Assembly: GCA_963523995.1 (NCBI GenBank) | Contig: CAURDR010000001.1 | Location: forward strand, 238,021 to 302,020 | Direction: 5' to 3' | From: an uncultured Candidatus Saccharibacteria bacterium | GTDB lineage: Bacteria > Patescibacteriota > Saccharimonadia > Saccharimonadales > Saccharimonadaceae | Length of the DNA: 64,000 bases | Translations under genes and position numbers: made by a program | Notes under the pieces: generated by a model | Databases searched by the model: none | What the model was told of the DNA's origin: nothing | The model's input: only the letters and a program-made list of their open reading frames with translations | Shown here: positions 31,611 through 42,612 of the stretch, piece by piece | Numbering within the stretch: position 1 is the first letter of the stretch | Layout of the letters: each line of letters begins with the position of its first letter

Positions 31611-34271
31611 TTAGTGAACTTGAATGCTGCCAGTTGAAGTGGCGGTGTAGTATGCAGAGTCTCTTACGGTTACAGAAACTGTGTGTGCTCCTGTCGTATC
31701 AAGTTCTACTGTGGCGGTCTGCTTGCCGCTTGAAGTAATTTCTGAACTCTTAATGCTCTTTCCGTCCACGGTAATTTCGATTGCCGATAAGCCCCAAGTT
31801 CCTGCTGTAACGTCGACATTTATCGTATATTTCTTACCACTATTGGTGTATGATATCGCTCCAATTTGCGGTTTAGTGTCGTCGCACTTGTGGACGTCAT
31901 CTTCTGCGTTTGCGTCGTAGCCTGAAGGAACGGTAATTGATTCTTTCTTAGTTAAAGGATCAATAATCTTCGTTACTTCAATTTCTTCCTTTGCGCCGTC
32001 TGGAGTACAATTCGTTGCCTTTTTCTTAGAGACTTTATCGAAGGTAATTTTCTCTGTAGATTGACTTTGTCTCTTATTCCACCATGATGGGTAGAGCTCG
32101 CCGTTGACAGTCTGGATTCCGCTTGGTCGCTCATACCATTGACCTGACTTCCATTTGCCTTCTTTGGCGTAAACTTGGGTGTGGGCAAATTCCATAACGC
32201 TTCTAATTACCGGCATGCCGTAGTTGGAGGCTGATGTACCAATCACGCTAGTGTCGGAGTTTCCGAGCCACATTCCCATGACCAGAGCTGGACTGTAGTT
32301 GATAATCCAGAGGTCTTTTGGTTGCGAACCTTTGTCTGATGTACCAGTCTTTGCAGAGGTTCGAACGCCATTGACACCCATCCAGCCGTGAAGTCCAGGA
32401 GTTCGGTCAGACAAGATGTCGTTCACAATGTATGCTGATTGCGAGTCGACAACTTGCTTGCCTTCATCTTTCCATTTTTTCAGAGTTTCGCCTTGGCTGT
32501 TCTTTACTTCAATAACACTTGAAATGTCTTTTTGGACTCCCATTCGCGCCAATGTTGAGTAAGCGTTCACCAATTCTGTTTGTTTGGTTCCACATGCGCC
32601 AATTGCTGCACCGAGTCCGTAGCCGCCGGCATTTTCTTCCTGGCGGCAATAGTTAGGATCGCCCATCCTACGGATTCCCTCGACGACAGGCTTAGCGGAT
32701 CCGTCACCAACGATGTAAGCGGCTTTAATGGCTGGGACGTTTCGAGATAGAGCTAGCGCTCTTCGAATGTTGATGGCACCCATAAATTTATTGTCCCAGT
32801 TCCTTAGAGTTGCGCCGTACAGTTTATCAATGTTCTCATCAGCTAAGACTGTGCCACTACCGTATGCTTGCTTGCTGTCGTGTTTGTCGAATAATTGAGC
32901 AAAGACAAGCGACTTAATCGTGGAACCTGGCTGGATATAGGAAACTGCGGCGTTGTCCTGACCGAAGCCAGTGTAATTAAAGTCACGGCTACCAACAAGT
33001 GCTACGATTTGTCCAGTCTGAACGTCTTCGACTGTTGCGGCGCCGTTACTAATTCGCACAGAATCTGGTCGACCTGTTGCAAAGAACGATTTCATTTCAT
33101 TTTCAAGTTTCTCCTGAATTCGCCAGTCGAGGGTGGTTTTAATCGTCAATCCACCGCGTCCAACGACTGATTCGCCGAGTTCTTTACTCAACTGATTGCG
33201 AACCATCAATAGGAAGTGAGGAGCCTTAATATTCTCCAAGTGCTCAGTCTGCGGCTTAAGCGTGCTTAAAATGTCAATCTTTTTAGCTTTTTCAGCCTCG
33301 TCCTTGGTAATAACGCCTTGCTCGGCCATGTAATCCAGAACTGTATGTTGTCGGGCAATTAAAGCCTTATTTCCGGCAGTGTTATACGGATTGTAGTAAG
33401 TCGGATTCTGTGGAATACTAGCAATTAGCGCCGCTTCTGCTAGCGTCAGGTCCTTAGCGTGCTTACCAAAGTATGTCTGAGCGGCTGATTCTGCGCCGTT
33501 GCGACGACCGCCGTATGGAGATTCGTTCAGGTATAATGACAGAATTTGGTCTTTACTATACATGCGCTCAACTTCAATTGCGAGGATGATTTCCTTGATC
33601 TTTCGAGGAATACCGCTAATCGATCGGTCGCCGGCCTCATCTGCGAAGAAGACTTGCTTGACTAGCTGCTGTGTCAGAGTCGATCCACCCTGGACTTGGC
33701 GTCGTGAAGCGGTTGAGAGCATTGCGCGGAACATGCCGCTAATACTGATGCCGTGGTGATTGTAGAAGTTTCGGTCCTCAATTGCGACAGTGGCTTTTTT
33801 CAGATAATCGCTAATCTGGTCAGATTCGACAACCAATTGATAATTACCTGTACCTTTATCTTCCCAAAGCAGATTATCATTGCGGTCGTAATATTTAGTG
33901 ACGGTCGTTTGAACGCGCTTAGCAAGCTCGCCAGGGCGAATTTTATCTAGATCCTTGCGGAAGTAAGCGAACATTCCGCCGATAAGTAGCAACATCAACA
34001 AAATACTGACGCCAAGAATTTTCAGCGCCATCAGTCCGCCGCGCTTGGAGAACCAATATTTCGCTAGTCGCTTCGGATGTAATCGATAAAAGAATCGCTT
34101 TACGGGATGTTTCGGCAAAGTCGCCAAATATTCCGCTCGTTCGCGCGCGTCCTTATCTTTTTTAGTCTTATGTTTCTGCGCCAAATTGGCATATAAGTTC
34201 ATCCGTTTCGACGGAGATTTCTTATCGCTTGAGCCGTGTCCGGCGGTGCTTATCGTAGTCTTTTTCTTCAC
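31611..34271 (-). CDS. Class A penicillin-binding protein (transglycosylase plus transpeptidase)
   Basis: AIEDRNFY, GGSTLTQQLVK, RKIKE, SxxK (GSTIK), SRN, KTGT; C-terminal Ig-like domain. Confidence 0.95.
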   Translation of the reverse strand: MKKKTTISTAGHGSSDKKSPSKRMNLYANLAQKHKTKKDKDARERAEYLATLPKHPVKRFFYRLHPKRLAKYWFSKRGGLMALKILGVSILLMLLLIGGMFAYFRKDLDKIRPGELAKRVQTTVTKYYDRNDNLLWEDKGTGNYQLVVESDQISDYLKKATVAIEDRNFYNHHGISISGMFRAMLSTASRRQVQGGSTLTQQLVKQVFFADEAGDRSISGIPRKIKEIILAIEVERMYSKDQILSLYLNESPYGGRRNGAESAAQTYFGKHAKDLTLAEAALIASIPQNPTYYNPYNTAGNKALIARQHTVLDYMAEQGVITKDEAEKAKKIDILSTLKPQTEHLENIKAPHFLLMVRNQLSKELGESVVGRGGLTIKTTLDWRIQEKLENEMKSFFATGRPDSVRISNGAATVEDVQTGQIVALVGSRDFNYTGFGQDNAAVSYIQPGSTIKSLVFAQLFDKHDSKQAYGSGTVLADENIDKLYGATLRNWDNKFMGAINIRRALALSRNVPAIKAAYIVGDGSAKPVVEGIRRMGDPNYCRQEENAGGYGLGAAIGACGTKQTELVNAYSTLARMGVQKDISSVIEVKNSQGETLKKWKDEGKQVVDSQSAYIVNDILSDRTPGLHGWMGVNGVRTSAKTGTSDKGSQPKDLWIINYSPALVMGMWLGNSDTSVIGTSASNYGMPVIRSVMEFAHTQVYAKEGKWKSGQWYERPSGIQTVNGELYPSWWNKRQSQSTEKITFDKVSKKKATNCTPDGAKEEIEVTKIIDPLTKKESITVPSGYDANAEDDVHKCDDTKPQIGAISYTNSGKKYTINVDVTAGTWGLSAIEITVDGKSIKSSEITSSGKQTATVELDTTGAHTVSVTVRDSAYYTATSTGSIQVH

Positions 34272-34344
34272 AATTCTATTATATCACGCATATGTTTCGC
34301 TTCAATTGTAAAATTGCTATACTAATATGTAGAAAAGGAGTGAT

Positions 34345-35565
34345 ATGAAATTATCAGAAGAATTACAATGGCGTGGATTCTGGAATCAGACCACATTTAC
34401 TGACGACAAACTTATCGATTCGGAGAATTTCACGCTCTATTTGGGGACGGATCCTTCGGCAGACAGCTTGCATGTCGGGCATTTGGCAGTTTATATGATG
34501 GTTCGGCATTTTTTGGAGCGCGGTCACAAGGTGTTTTTGTTGGTTGGTGGCGGCACGGGAATGATTGGCGATATGCGCGACACGGAAGAGCGAAATCTGC
34601 TTCCGTATGAGGAAATTGAGTATAATAAGCAAGCCTTAAAATCCCAAGTTTCGCGAATCTTTGCTGGACGAGATTTTACTTTGGTTGATAACGCTGATTG
34701 GTTGGCTGAGCTGGAATTGCTGCCGTTTCTTCGCGATATCGGTAAGAATTTCAATATGGCAGATTTGGTGAGCCGCGAATTTTTCAAGGCGCGCATTAAC
34801 AACGGTAAAGGTTTGAGTTTTGCGGAGTTCACTTACACTTTACTTCAGGGCTATGATTTTTGGCATCTATTTAATCAATATGGCGTTAATCTGCAAATTG
34901 GTGGATCGGATCAATGGGGTAATTTATTATCTGGCGTGGATCTGATTCGTAAAAAAGAAAACACTGAAGTCTACGCAATGACTGCACCGCTTCTTATCAA
35001 TAAGTCGACTGGTCGTAAATTCGGCAAATCCGAAGGTGGCGCGGTTTGGCTTGATGAAAATAAAACCAGTGTCTATAAATTCTACCAATTCTGGCTGAAT
35101 GTCGATGATGAGAGCGCGATTGAATATATGAAGATATTTACGATGTTGGATCGCGATACAATTGAAGCTATTGCTGAAAATCATGCCGTAAATCCTGGTG
35201 CTCGTTCGGCGCAGAAGGTTTTGGCTCGTGAAATTACTGACATTGTTCACGGTAGCGCGCGTCGTGAATCTGTTGAGCGTGTGAACGAAGTTTTATTCGG
35301 TGGTGGCGATTTTAAGAAATTGTCGGATGATGATTTAGGCGCTTTGGCTGAAGAAATTCCTTGCGTTGATACTGGAATTGATGTGATTGAAGCGCTGGTA
35401 GAATCCGGTGCGGTTGGCTCTAACGGCGAAGCAAAGCGATTGTTAAAATCTGGCGCCATTAGCCTAAACGGCGAAAAACTTGCCGAAAATAAAGTCGTCA
35501 ATGACACGTCGTTATTAAAGAAGGGCAAAAACACGTTCGTATTAATTATGGAAGGGGACGAATAA
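34345..35565 (+). CDS. tyrS: Tyrosine--tRNA ligase
   Basis: HVGH, QIGGSDQWGN, KFGKS, S4 domain. Confidence 0.97.
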   Translation: MKLSEELQWRGFWNQTTFTDDKLIDSENFTLYLGTDPSADSLHVGHLAVYMMVRHFLERGHKVFLLVGGGTGMIGDMRDTEERNLLPYEEIEYNKQALKSQVSRIFAGRDFTLVDNADWLAELELLPFLRDIGKNFNMADLVSREFFKARINNGKGLSFAEFTYTLLQGYDFWHLFNQYGVNLQIGGSDQWGNLLSGVDLIRKKENTEVYAMTAPLLINKSTGRKFGKSEGGAVWLDENKTSVYKFYQFWLNVDDESAIEYMKIFTMLDRDTIEAIAENHAVNPGARSAQKVLAREITDIVHGSARRESVERVNEVLFGGGDFKKLSDDDLGALAEEIPCVDTGIDVIEALVESGAVGSNGEAKRLLKSGAISLNGEKLAENKVVNDTSLLKKGKNTFVLIMEGDE

Positions 35566-36320
35566 TGAAGAAAATTATTGGTTTTGATTTGGACGATACG
35601 CTAGCAATTACAAAATCGCCAATTAGCGATCGTATGGCGGGGATTCTTAGCCGATTGCTTGAGAATTATGACGTTTGCGTGATTACTGGCGGTACGTTTC
35701 AACAGATAAAGAAGCAAGTGATTGATAGGCTGAACGTTACTCCAGAGTTGCTTCAGAAGTTCCATGCGATGCCGACTTGTGGAACTCGATATTATCGATT
35801 TGACGCCGCTGATGATGAATGGAAAATTCAGTATGCGAACGATTTGTCTGACGAGCAAAAAACTCAGATAACTGCGGCGCTGGAAGAAGTTGCGAAGGAA
35901 ATGGGTATTTGGTGTGAGAATCCTGCGGGTGAAATAATTGAAGATCGACATAGCCAGATTACTATGTCGGCTTTGGGTCAACAGGCTACACCTGAAGATA
36001 AGTATGCGTGGGCTGAAAAATATAAGGATGTCCGTCCGATATATCGCGACAAGGTGGCGGAGAAGCTGCCTGGGCTTGAGGTGCGAATTGGTGGTACGAC
36101 CAGCACTGACATCACGCTTCCGGGAATCGATAAGGCTTATGGAATTGGGCGGCTACTCGAATTGAATGGCTGGTTGAAAGAAGAAACGCTATTCTTTGGC
36201 GATAAAATTGAAGAAGGCGGCAATGATTTTCCAGTGAAGCAAATGGGCGTAGATTCAATTGGTGTGAGGGGTTGGGAAGATACGGCCTACGCTCTGGAAG
36301 GTATCAACGCCGTTTCATAG
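35565..36320 (+). CDS. HAD-IIB hydrolase, phosphomannomutase-like
   Basis: FDLDDTL, IEDR, GGTTSTD, FFGDKIEEGGND. Confidence 0.85.
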   Translation: MKKIIGFDLDDTLAITKSPISDRMAGILSRLLENYDVCVITGGTFQQIKKQVIDRLNVTPELLQKFHAMPTCGTRYYRFDAADDEWKIQYANDLSDEQKTQITAALEEVAKEMGIWCENPAGEIIEDRHSQITMSALGQQATPEDKYAWAEKYKDVRPIYRDKVAEKLPGLEVRIGGTTSTDITLPGIDKAYGIGRLLELNGWLKEETLFFGDKIEEGGNDFPVKQMGVDSIGVRGWEDTAYALEGINAVS

Positions 36321-38363
36321 ATGAAACTAACAACTCCTCTTGAGCAAATTAAAGGCGTCGGGCCGAAAACTGCTCAGGCTCTAGCGGCAGCTGGTCTTAA
36401 AACGATTTCTGACGCTTTGGATTTTTTGCCGCGAGCATATGACGACTATTCGACCGCGGTTAATATAGCAGATCTTCAGCCGGGAAAAGTTACGGTTAAG
36501 GCGTGCTGCGAGTCGGTTTCGACACGTATTGTTCGGCGTGGACTTAGAATCACGACCGCAGTTTTGGCGGATAAATCAGGCAAGGTTAAGGCGGTTTGGT
36601 TCAATCAACCGTACCGCGAAACGCAATTAAAATCTGATGCAGAATTTATTTTTTCTGGTCAATTTGGTATGCAATATAATCGCTATCAAATCAATAATCC
36701 GTCCGTCGAGCTAGCAAAAGAAGTTGCTAAGACAACGATAGAAAGCGCATCTGGAATTCAGCCGGTTTATAAATCGATAAAAAATATCCGCCCGAAAACC
36801 GTGCAAGATTTGATGAAAAATATTCGTCCAATTATGGATTTTTTGCCCGAGACTTTGCCGGAAAATATTATTCAGCACCAAAAATTGGTTAGTCGTTCCG
36901 AGGCGGTTAAGTTTCTTCACGCGCCAAAAACTCGCGAGGAAATTTCCCGTGGTCGTGAGCGTCTGGCGTTTGAGGAGTTGTTCGAGATAATTTTGGCGGC
37001 GCAATTTAATAAGCAAGAACAGACCAGATTAACAGGCTGGAAGATTCCGTTTAATAAGTCGGTCGTGAAGAGTTTTGTTGACCAATTGCCGTTTCCTTTG
37101 ACGAACGCTCAGCGCCGAGCTGCGTGGCAAATTCTGCAAGATTTGGAATCTGATCATCCGATGAATCGATTGTTGCAAGGAGATGTTGGCTCGGGAAAAA
37201 CTGTCGTTGCGGGACTAGTGGCTACGGAAGTGGCTAAGGCTGGTTTTCAAACGGCAATTATGGCGCCGACGGAGATTTTGGCGCAGCAACACGCGAAGAC
37301 GCTTGACGAGTTATTATCGCCATTCGGCGTGTCTGTTGCACTTCTGACGGGTCACGTGAAAGGTGCGGCACGCAGTCAATTGTTGGACAATTTGGCTAGC
37401 GGTAACATTGATGTTGTGGTCGGTACGCACGCGCTAATTCAGGAAAAAGTTGCGTATCATAGACTGGGATTTGCGGTGATTGACGAACAGCACCGATTTG
37501 GCGTGAAGCAACGACAGGCTTTATTGGAAAAGTCTGATTTTATGCCGCATCTTTTAAGTATGACCGCCACGCCGATTCCGCGCAGCCTGGCGCTGACATT
37601 GTACGGAGAGTTGGACATTTCTATTCTGGACGAGTTGCCCTCTGGTCGCCAGCCGATTCAGACTAAGATTTGGTCGCCAGCATCAGCTCCGAAGCTTTAC
37701 GAATCGATTGAAAATGAGATAGCCAAAGGTCGTCAAGCTTACGTTATTTGTCCGTTGATTGATGATAATCCAGACAATGATAAGAAATCGGTGGAGGCGG
37801 AATATAATAAATTGTCCAAAACTATTTTCAGCCATCGTCGAGTTGGATTGTTGCACGGAAAGCTTCCTGCCGAAGAAAAAGCTGAAGTGATGCAGAAATT
37901 TGCGGACGGTGAGTTGGATATGCTAGTCAGTACGACCGTGGTTGAGGTTGGTGTGAATGTGCCGAATGCGACGGTGATGTTGATTGAGAATGCGGACAAT
38001 TTTGGATTGAGCCAGTTGCACCAATTGCGTGGGCGAGTTGGGCGCGGGAAACATCAGAGTTTTTGTCATTTGATGATGAGCAGCCACGACAAGCCGAGCC
38101 AAAGACTTCGGGAGATTGAGAAATCTCATGATGGATTTTATTTGGCGGAGGTTGATTTGAAATTGCGTGGACCTGGCGAGATTTACGGTAAAATGCAACA
38201 CGGGGATTTGAACTTGAAAATTGCCTCGCTGGCGGATACGGCGCTGATTACTCGCGCTCAAGTCGAAGCTGAACGCTTTGTCAAAGAGGGACAAGATTTG
38301 CTACAATATAATCATCTGGCGCACGCCGTCAGTCGCTATCAGCGATTAACTGTTTTAAATTAA
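36321..38363 (+). CDS. recG: ATP-dependent DNA helicase RecG
   Basis: QGDVGSGKT, DEQH, TATPIPR, QLRGRVGR. Confidence 0.97.
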   Translation: MKLTTPLEQIKGVGPKTAQALAAAGLKTISDALDFLPRAYDDYSTAVNIADLQPGKVTVKACCESVSTRIVRRGLRITTAVLADKSGKVKAVWFNQPYRETQLKSDAEFIFSGQFGMQYNRYQINNPSVELAKEVAKTTIESASGIQPVYKSIKNIRPKTVQDLMKNIRPIMDFLPETLPENIIQHQKLVSRSEAVKFLHAPKTREEISRGRERLAFEELFEIILAAQFNKQEQTRLTGWKIPFNKSVVKSFVDQLPFPLTNAQRRAAWQILQDLESDHPMNRLLQGDVGSGKTVVAGLVATEVAKAGFQTAIMAPTEILAQQHAKTLDELLSPFGVSVALLTGHVKGAARSQLLDNLASGNIDVVVGTHALIQEKVAYHRLGFAVIDEQHRFGVKQRQALLEKSDFMPHLLSMTATPIPRSLALTLYGELDISILDELPSGRQPIQTKIWSPASAPKLYESIENEIAKGRQAYVICPLIDDNPDNDKKSVEAEYNKLSKTIFSHRRVGLLHGKLPAEEKAEVMQKFADGELDMLVSTTVVEVGVNVPNATVMLIENADNFGLSQLHQLRGRVGRGKHQSFCHLMMSSHDKPSQRLREIEKSHDGFYLAEVDLKLRGPGEIYGKMQHGDLNLKIASLADTALITRAQVEAERFVKEGQDLLQYNHLAHAVSRYQRLTVLN

Positions 38364-38364
38364 T

Positions 38365-39189
38365 ATGTACGCAGGAACAACAATTAGGGATGGCTCTGGT
38401 CGATTTATTGGCGTCCACCAAAAAATAGATCGAGTCGCAAGGAAAAATATAGAACCAATTCTTCCTGATTGGTGTGATTTTCCTGACATTAAAAACATTC
38501 TTCATTTTGAGGGCAAGAATGGTCCTGATGGTGTCAAGCGAAAGAGTCCGGCTGTGGATGAGCCTTGGCACTTTATAAATCCGGACGATCCGAATGACAC
38601 TGCACTTTTGGAGATGATTGACGGACATATTGGCAATTTAGTTAAGGCGCTACGAACAAATAATTCCGAGCGAGCGGCGTTTGAGGCGGCTTGGATGGCA
38701 CACGCGATTACCGATGGTTTGACTCCGGCTCATCATTTTCCTCTGGAGCAAGCTATGGCGGAACTTCGCGGTGGTGAAGGACTGGAGACGCGAACCTCAA
38801 TTTTGAAGAAAAATCTCATGAAGGGCGACAATGGAATCGAGCTAATTAAGAACAACTGGAAATTCTGGGGCGCCAAAGGTATGATGACAACGCACGTGGC
38901 GTTTGAGGCTGGCGTGGCTAGTGTGGTATCGTATCCGCGTTTTAAGGACGCAATTCCGAGTGACGATGAGATATTGCAAGTAAAAAATCACAGCTATCGT
39001 GAGTATTATTTGGATCAAGTTCACGCCGTGGCATCGATGAAAATGTATGACAATTTTATCAAGAGTGGCTGGACGACGGATCTTGCTTGGCAGACAAATC
39101 ACGAACTAATGCCGATTATTATAAAGTCGGTGATGTTGGGCTGGCTGGCGTCTGTTTGGAAGCTTGAGGCAGAAAAAAGTGAGAGTTAG
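38365..39189 (+). CDS. Zinc-dependent phospholipase C / S1-P1 nuclease-like protein
   Basis: PD...WHFINP, AHAITDGLTPAH, HVAFE metal-ligand pattern. Confidence 0.55.
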   Translation: MYAGTTIRDGSGRFIGVHQKIDRVARKNIEPILPDWCDFPDIKNILHFEGKNGPDGVKRKSPAVDEPWHFINPDDPNDTALLEMIDGHIGNLVKALRTNNSERAAFEAAWMAHAITDGLTPAHHFPLEQAMAELRGGEGLETRTSILKKNLMKGDNGIELIKNNWKFWGAKGMMTTHVAFEAGVASVVSYPRFKDAIPSDDEILQVKNHSYREYYLDQVHAVASMKMYDNFIKSGWTTDLAWQTNHELMPIIIKSVMLGWLASVWKLEAEKSES

Positions 39190-39724
39190 GATTATCTCTG
39201 GCGAATTTGGCGGACGATTCATAAAAACTCCGCCCGGCTCAACGACGCATCCTATGGGCGAACGAGTGCGCTCGGCTATGTTCAATTCTTTAGGTGAATC
39301 GATACGCGGTGCTCGAGTTTTGGATGCTTTTGCGGGGTCTGGTGCTGTTGGGTTAGAGGCATTAAGTCGCGGCGCAGAGTCGGTGGTTTTCGTGGAGCGA
39401 GATCGAGTCGCTCAGCGAGTAATTGCTGAAAACATAAGCATTTTGGGTGTCGAAGAAAAATCTATTGTAATAAAAACAACGATAGTAAATTGGTTGGAAA
39501 GCCCGAGTTCAACAGGGGAGTTTGATATTATTTTTGCTGATCCGCCATACCATAATCCACAGTTTTCCACAGTTTCTAAGCTAATGAGACTACTCAAACC
39601 GGGTGGATTTATGATATTATCACATCCAGGAATAGGTGAGGTGCCGGTTCAAGACAAAACTGTTGTGGTGGACAGTCGTAGTTATGGGGAGGCGCACCTC
39701 ACCAAGTTCCTGCGATTGAAATAA
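39164..39724 (+). CDS. rsmD: RsmD family 16S rRNA methyltransferase
   Basis: RIISG, LDAFAGSGAVGLEALSRGA, FADPPY; true start may be GTG 39179. Confidence 0.88.
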   Translation: MRQKKVRVRIISGEFGGRFIKTPPGSTTHPMGERVRSAMFNSLGESIRGARVLDAFAGSGAVGLEALSRGAESVVFVERDRVAQRVIAENISILGVEEKSIVIKTTIVNWLESPSSTGEFDIIFADPPYHNPQFSTVSKLMRLLKPGGFMILSHPGIGEVPVQDKTVVVDSRSYGEAHLTKFLRLK

Positions 39725-39733
39725 GTTTCTGGT

Positions 39734-39765
39734 AAACGTCCTGATAGCTGTCAGGACGTTTTTTT
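39734..39765. terminator. Intrinsic terminator
   Basis: aaacgtcctga-tagctg-tcaggacgttttttt. Confidence 0.75.
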
Positions 39766-39796
39766 GTTGTATAGCAAAATTTCTGGGTTTTTACGG

Positions 39797-40015
39797 CTAT
39801 AGAGCCACTGTGTATTTAGATGCGCTTTCCGTACGTCGTCGCAATTCACTATTTATATCTTCAAGTATGGAAGTTGCCTCATCTACGCTTAGTTTTCTTG
39901 CTCGTAATTGCTCGACTATATCTGAATGTAGTTTTAGCAATTCTTCCATCAATAAGGCCTCCAGTAAGGCTCCTTCTCCTTTTGCGTCACAGACTTCTCT
40001 TCTATTGATTTCCAT
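39797..40015 (-). CDS. Small hypothetical helical protein
   Basis: 72-aa ORF in an AT-rich spacer. Confidence 0.5.
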   Translation of the reverse strand: MEINRREVCDAKGEGALLEALLMEELLKLHSDIVEQLRARKLSVDEATSILEDINSELRRRTESASKYTVAL

Positions 40016-40172
40016 TGTTTATATTTTATAATAATTATTCTATTAATGCAAGCGGCAAACTGATGATGGGGCTGTTTCGTTTAATGGTGTTGTGAAGTTA
40101 ACTCTACCGCTACATCTGGTGGTGTCGTATAATGGTTTATAGATAAAGTGAAAAGAGGAGGAATGTAGAGAA

Positions 40173-40484
40173 ATGCCGTGTATTGATTATGGTCCGAAAG
40201 GGACAAATACAGATGCGCAGTTGGCAGCATTGAATAATGATACGAGGAACTTCGGCTTTTGTGGGAAAGCTAGCAAGGTCGGTGACGAGAAGTTAGAGAA
40301 CGATACGATAGAATCTAGCCAAAACAGTGATCCAGGTGTTCTTGATTACTATCCAGATTTGGAAGCTCTCACCGAGGCTGCCGACGATGAGAAAACTAAA
40401 AAGAAAATGGCAGATCTGGCGGCTCGATGTGCGGGCATTTATCCTATGGGAGAATGTGATCTAAAAACGGGAACGTTGTTCTAG
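40173..40484 (+). CDS. Small acidic hypothetical protein
   Basis: GAGGAG SD upstream; 103 aa. Confidence 0.6.
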   Translation: MPCIDYGPKGTNTDAQLAALNNDTRNFGFCGKASKVGDEKLENDTIESSQNSDPGVLDYYPDLEALTEAADDEKTKKKMADLAARCAGIYPMGECDLKTGTLF

Positions 40485-40500
40485 TTGAACGTTTTTGCTG

Positions 40501-42084
40501 CTAGACAATAAGTAAAACTCCGCAATATCCTGGAATTGTCATTTGGAGATTTTTTGCGGTAATTAAATCGACAGAGTGAGTTGAGGCAATGATCTTGGCG
40601 TTTTCTGGAATGGAAAAGCTTTGTTCTGCGTCCGCGAAATTGATGAAAATATAAGCACGTTGACCGGATAACTCTCTTTTTAACCCGAGAATAAATCCGT
40701 TGCCAGTGTTTTGCACGATGCTTAAATTGCCATTTTTAAGAATCGGGAAGGTTTGGCGTAATTTTAATAATTTTCGGTGCATATTAAGCAGGGAGTCGTT
40801 TGTGGTTTTTTCGCTATCAACGTTGATTTTCGTGTGATTTTCATTAACAGGAAGCCAAGGTTTTACGCTTGAAAAGCCCGCAAATTGCAAATCATTCCAT
40901 TGCATTGGCGTGCGTTCCAAATCTCGACTATCAACAACAGAATTGGCAGGACTAAAATTATCTTGAATGTCATCAGTGGTTAATTCTCCGTTCGTCATGC
41001 CAATTTCGTCGCCGTAATACACTACGCTAATTCCTGGAGTGAGGAGATTTAAGAAGCTGAGGGCGCGGGCGCGTTCTTCGCCCAATCTGGATGTGACTCG
41101 CGGCTGATCATGATTTCCGATGCAGAAAAATGGCGTGGTTGAATTTGCTGATTGTAGGTAATTTTCGATTTTTTTCTCAATATTTTTAGCGTGCCATTCA
41201 TTATCGCGATATTCCATAAAAAACGCCGAGGCTTTCGGGTGGACTGTCAGGATTTGGCTGTATTGATGATAAATATCGCCCAGCTTATCGTCGGGATAAA
41301 ATTCAAACACCATTTGCTTGTCGTCATATTCATCACAGACTGACGCCAATTCTTGCAAATATTCCTGAAAATGCGGTCCCATTTTACAGTGGTCGTGAAT
41401 AAACGCTCCGTAATCGTTTGGGTTGCCATAAAAATCAGGATTTGGAGAATCGTCTTTAAGGTCAGGGTCTTTGGAGATTCCCCAAATTGCATCGACGCGC
41501 ATTCCATCGACGCCCATATCAAACCAAAATCGCACTATGTTTTTCATTTCAGCACGCACTGCGGGATTGTCCCAATTAAGATCTGGCTGCGTTTTCAGGA
41601 ACGAATGCAGGTAAAATTGCCCAGTGTGCTCGTCAAATTCCCACGAACTGCCGCCAGACAAACTTCGCCAATTGTTAGGCTCGCTATTATCTTTTCTGTC
41701 GCGCCAAACATAGTAATCACGCTTGGGATTGTCACGCGAAGATCTGGATTCTTGAAACCACGGATGTTGGTCTGAAGTGTGGCAGGGAACGAGGTCGATC
41801 ATAACTTTAATGTCGAGATCATGGGCTTTTTTAAGAAGCGCCTGAAAATCGTGCATTTTTCCGAAAGTCGGATCAATTGCTCGATAATTTGCGATATCAT
41901 AACCAAAGTCAGTCAGCGGTGATACGAAGAACGGGGAAATCCAAATCGAATCGATACCCAGCCATGATAAATAATCAAGCTTCTCGGTAATGCCGTTCAA
42001 ATCACCAATTCCATCGCCATTCGTATCCAGAAAACTGCGTGGATAAATTTGATAAAGAGAGGCGACATCTTGCCAGGTTTTCAT
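40501..42084 (-). CDS. GH13 alpha-glucosidase (alpha-amylase family)
   Basis: YQIYPRSF, DLVPCHTSDQH, QPDLNW, GMRVDA, NHD, YYGDEIGM, RTPMQW. Confidence 0.93.
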   Translation of the reverse strand: MKTWQDVASLYQIYPRSFLDTNGDGIGDLNGITEKLDYLSWLGIDSIWISPFFVSPLTDFGYDIANYRAIDPTFGKMHDFQALLKKAHDLDIKVMIDLVPCHTSDQHPWFQESRSSRDNPKRDYYVWRDRKDNSEPNNWRSLSGGSSWEFDEHTGQFYLHSFLKTQPDLNWDNPAVRAEMKNIVRFWFDMGVDGMRVDAIWGISKDPDLKDDSPNPDFYGNPNDYGAFIHDHCKMGPHFQEYLQELASVCDEYDDKQMVFEFYPDDKLGDIYHQYSQILTVHPKASAFFMEYRDNEWHAKNIEKKIENYLQSANSTTPFFCIGNHDQPRVTSRLGEERARALSFLNLLTPGISVVYYGDEIGMTNGELTTDDIQDNFSPANSVVDSRDLERTPMQWNDLQFAGFSSVKPWLPVNENHTKINVDSEKTTNDSLLNMHRKLLKLRQTFPILKNGNLSIVQNTGNGFILGLKRELSGQRAYIFINFADAEQSFSIPENAKIIASTHSVDLITAKNLQMTIPGYCGVLLIV

Positions 42085-42129
42085 GATTTAAGTATAAGCG
42101 AGATGATAGGGAAAATCAAAACAAACAAA

Positions 42130-42612
42130 TTACATGTGATGATAATGATGAGTCAATGCGTGACCCTTGCCTCGGCGTAACAAATATAGATTGACGGGAT
42201 ATGATACGGCAAACGCGGCGAGCATACAAATTAGCCGGCTAACCCAATAAATCGGATGAGCTAAGTTCTTATCCATGGCGCCTGGAATGATTAGCATGAT
42301 TATGTTGTCTACGACGGTCATTGACAGTATGGATAATGTGTCGGCAGCGAAAACTAACTTTAAGGATTTTATGAGCGATAATTTGGCGCGTACTAATGGT
42401 ATGATTGACGCGGTGTAGCCGGAGATGAAAGCTAAGACTGACGCTAAAATGACCGTAGTATGTGGCGCAAATCCAGCGTGCGTGCCGATGGTAACGCCAA
42501 TCATCTCACCAATCATACATCCCGCCAGGCAGTGCAAACTTGCCGCTAGCGCCATACGTTTGGCTGAATTTTTTGTATTGCAATGATTATGATTATGAGA
42601 TTCGTGATTCAT
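42130..42612 (-). CDS. DUF4396-like membrane protein with His-rich ends
   Basis: LHCLAGCMIGE, ADTLSI, YPVN...GKGH. Confidence 0.8.
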   Translation of the reverse strand: MNHESHNHNHCNTKNSAKRMALAASLHCLAGCMIGEMIGVTIGTHAGFAPHTTVILASVLAFISGYTASIIPLVRAKLSLIKSLKLVFAADTLSILSMTVVDNIIMLIIPGAMDKNLAHPIYWVSRLICMLAAFAVSYPVNLYLLRRGKGHALTHHYHHM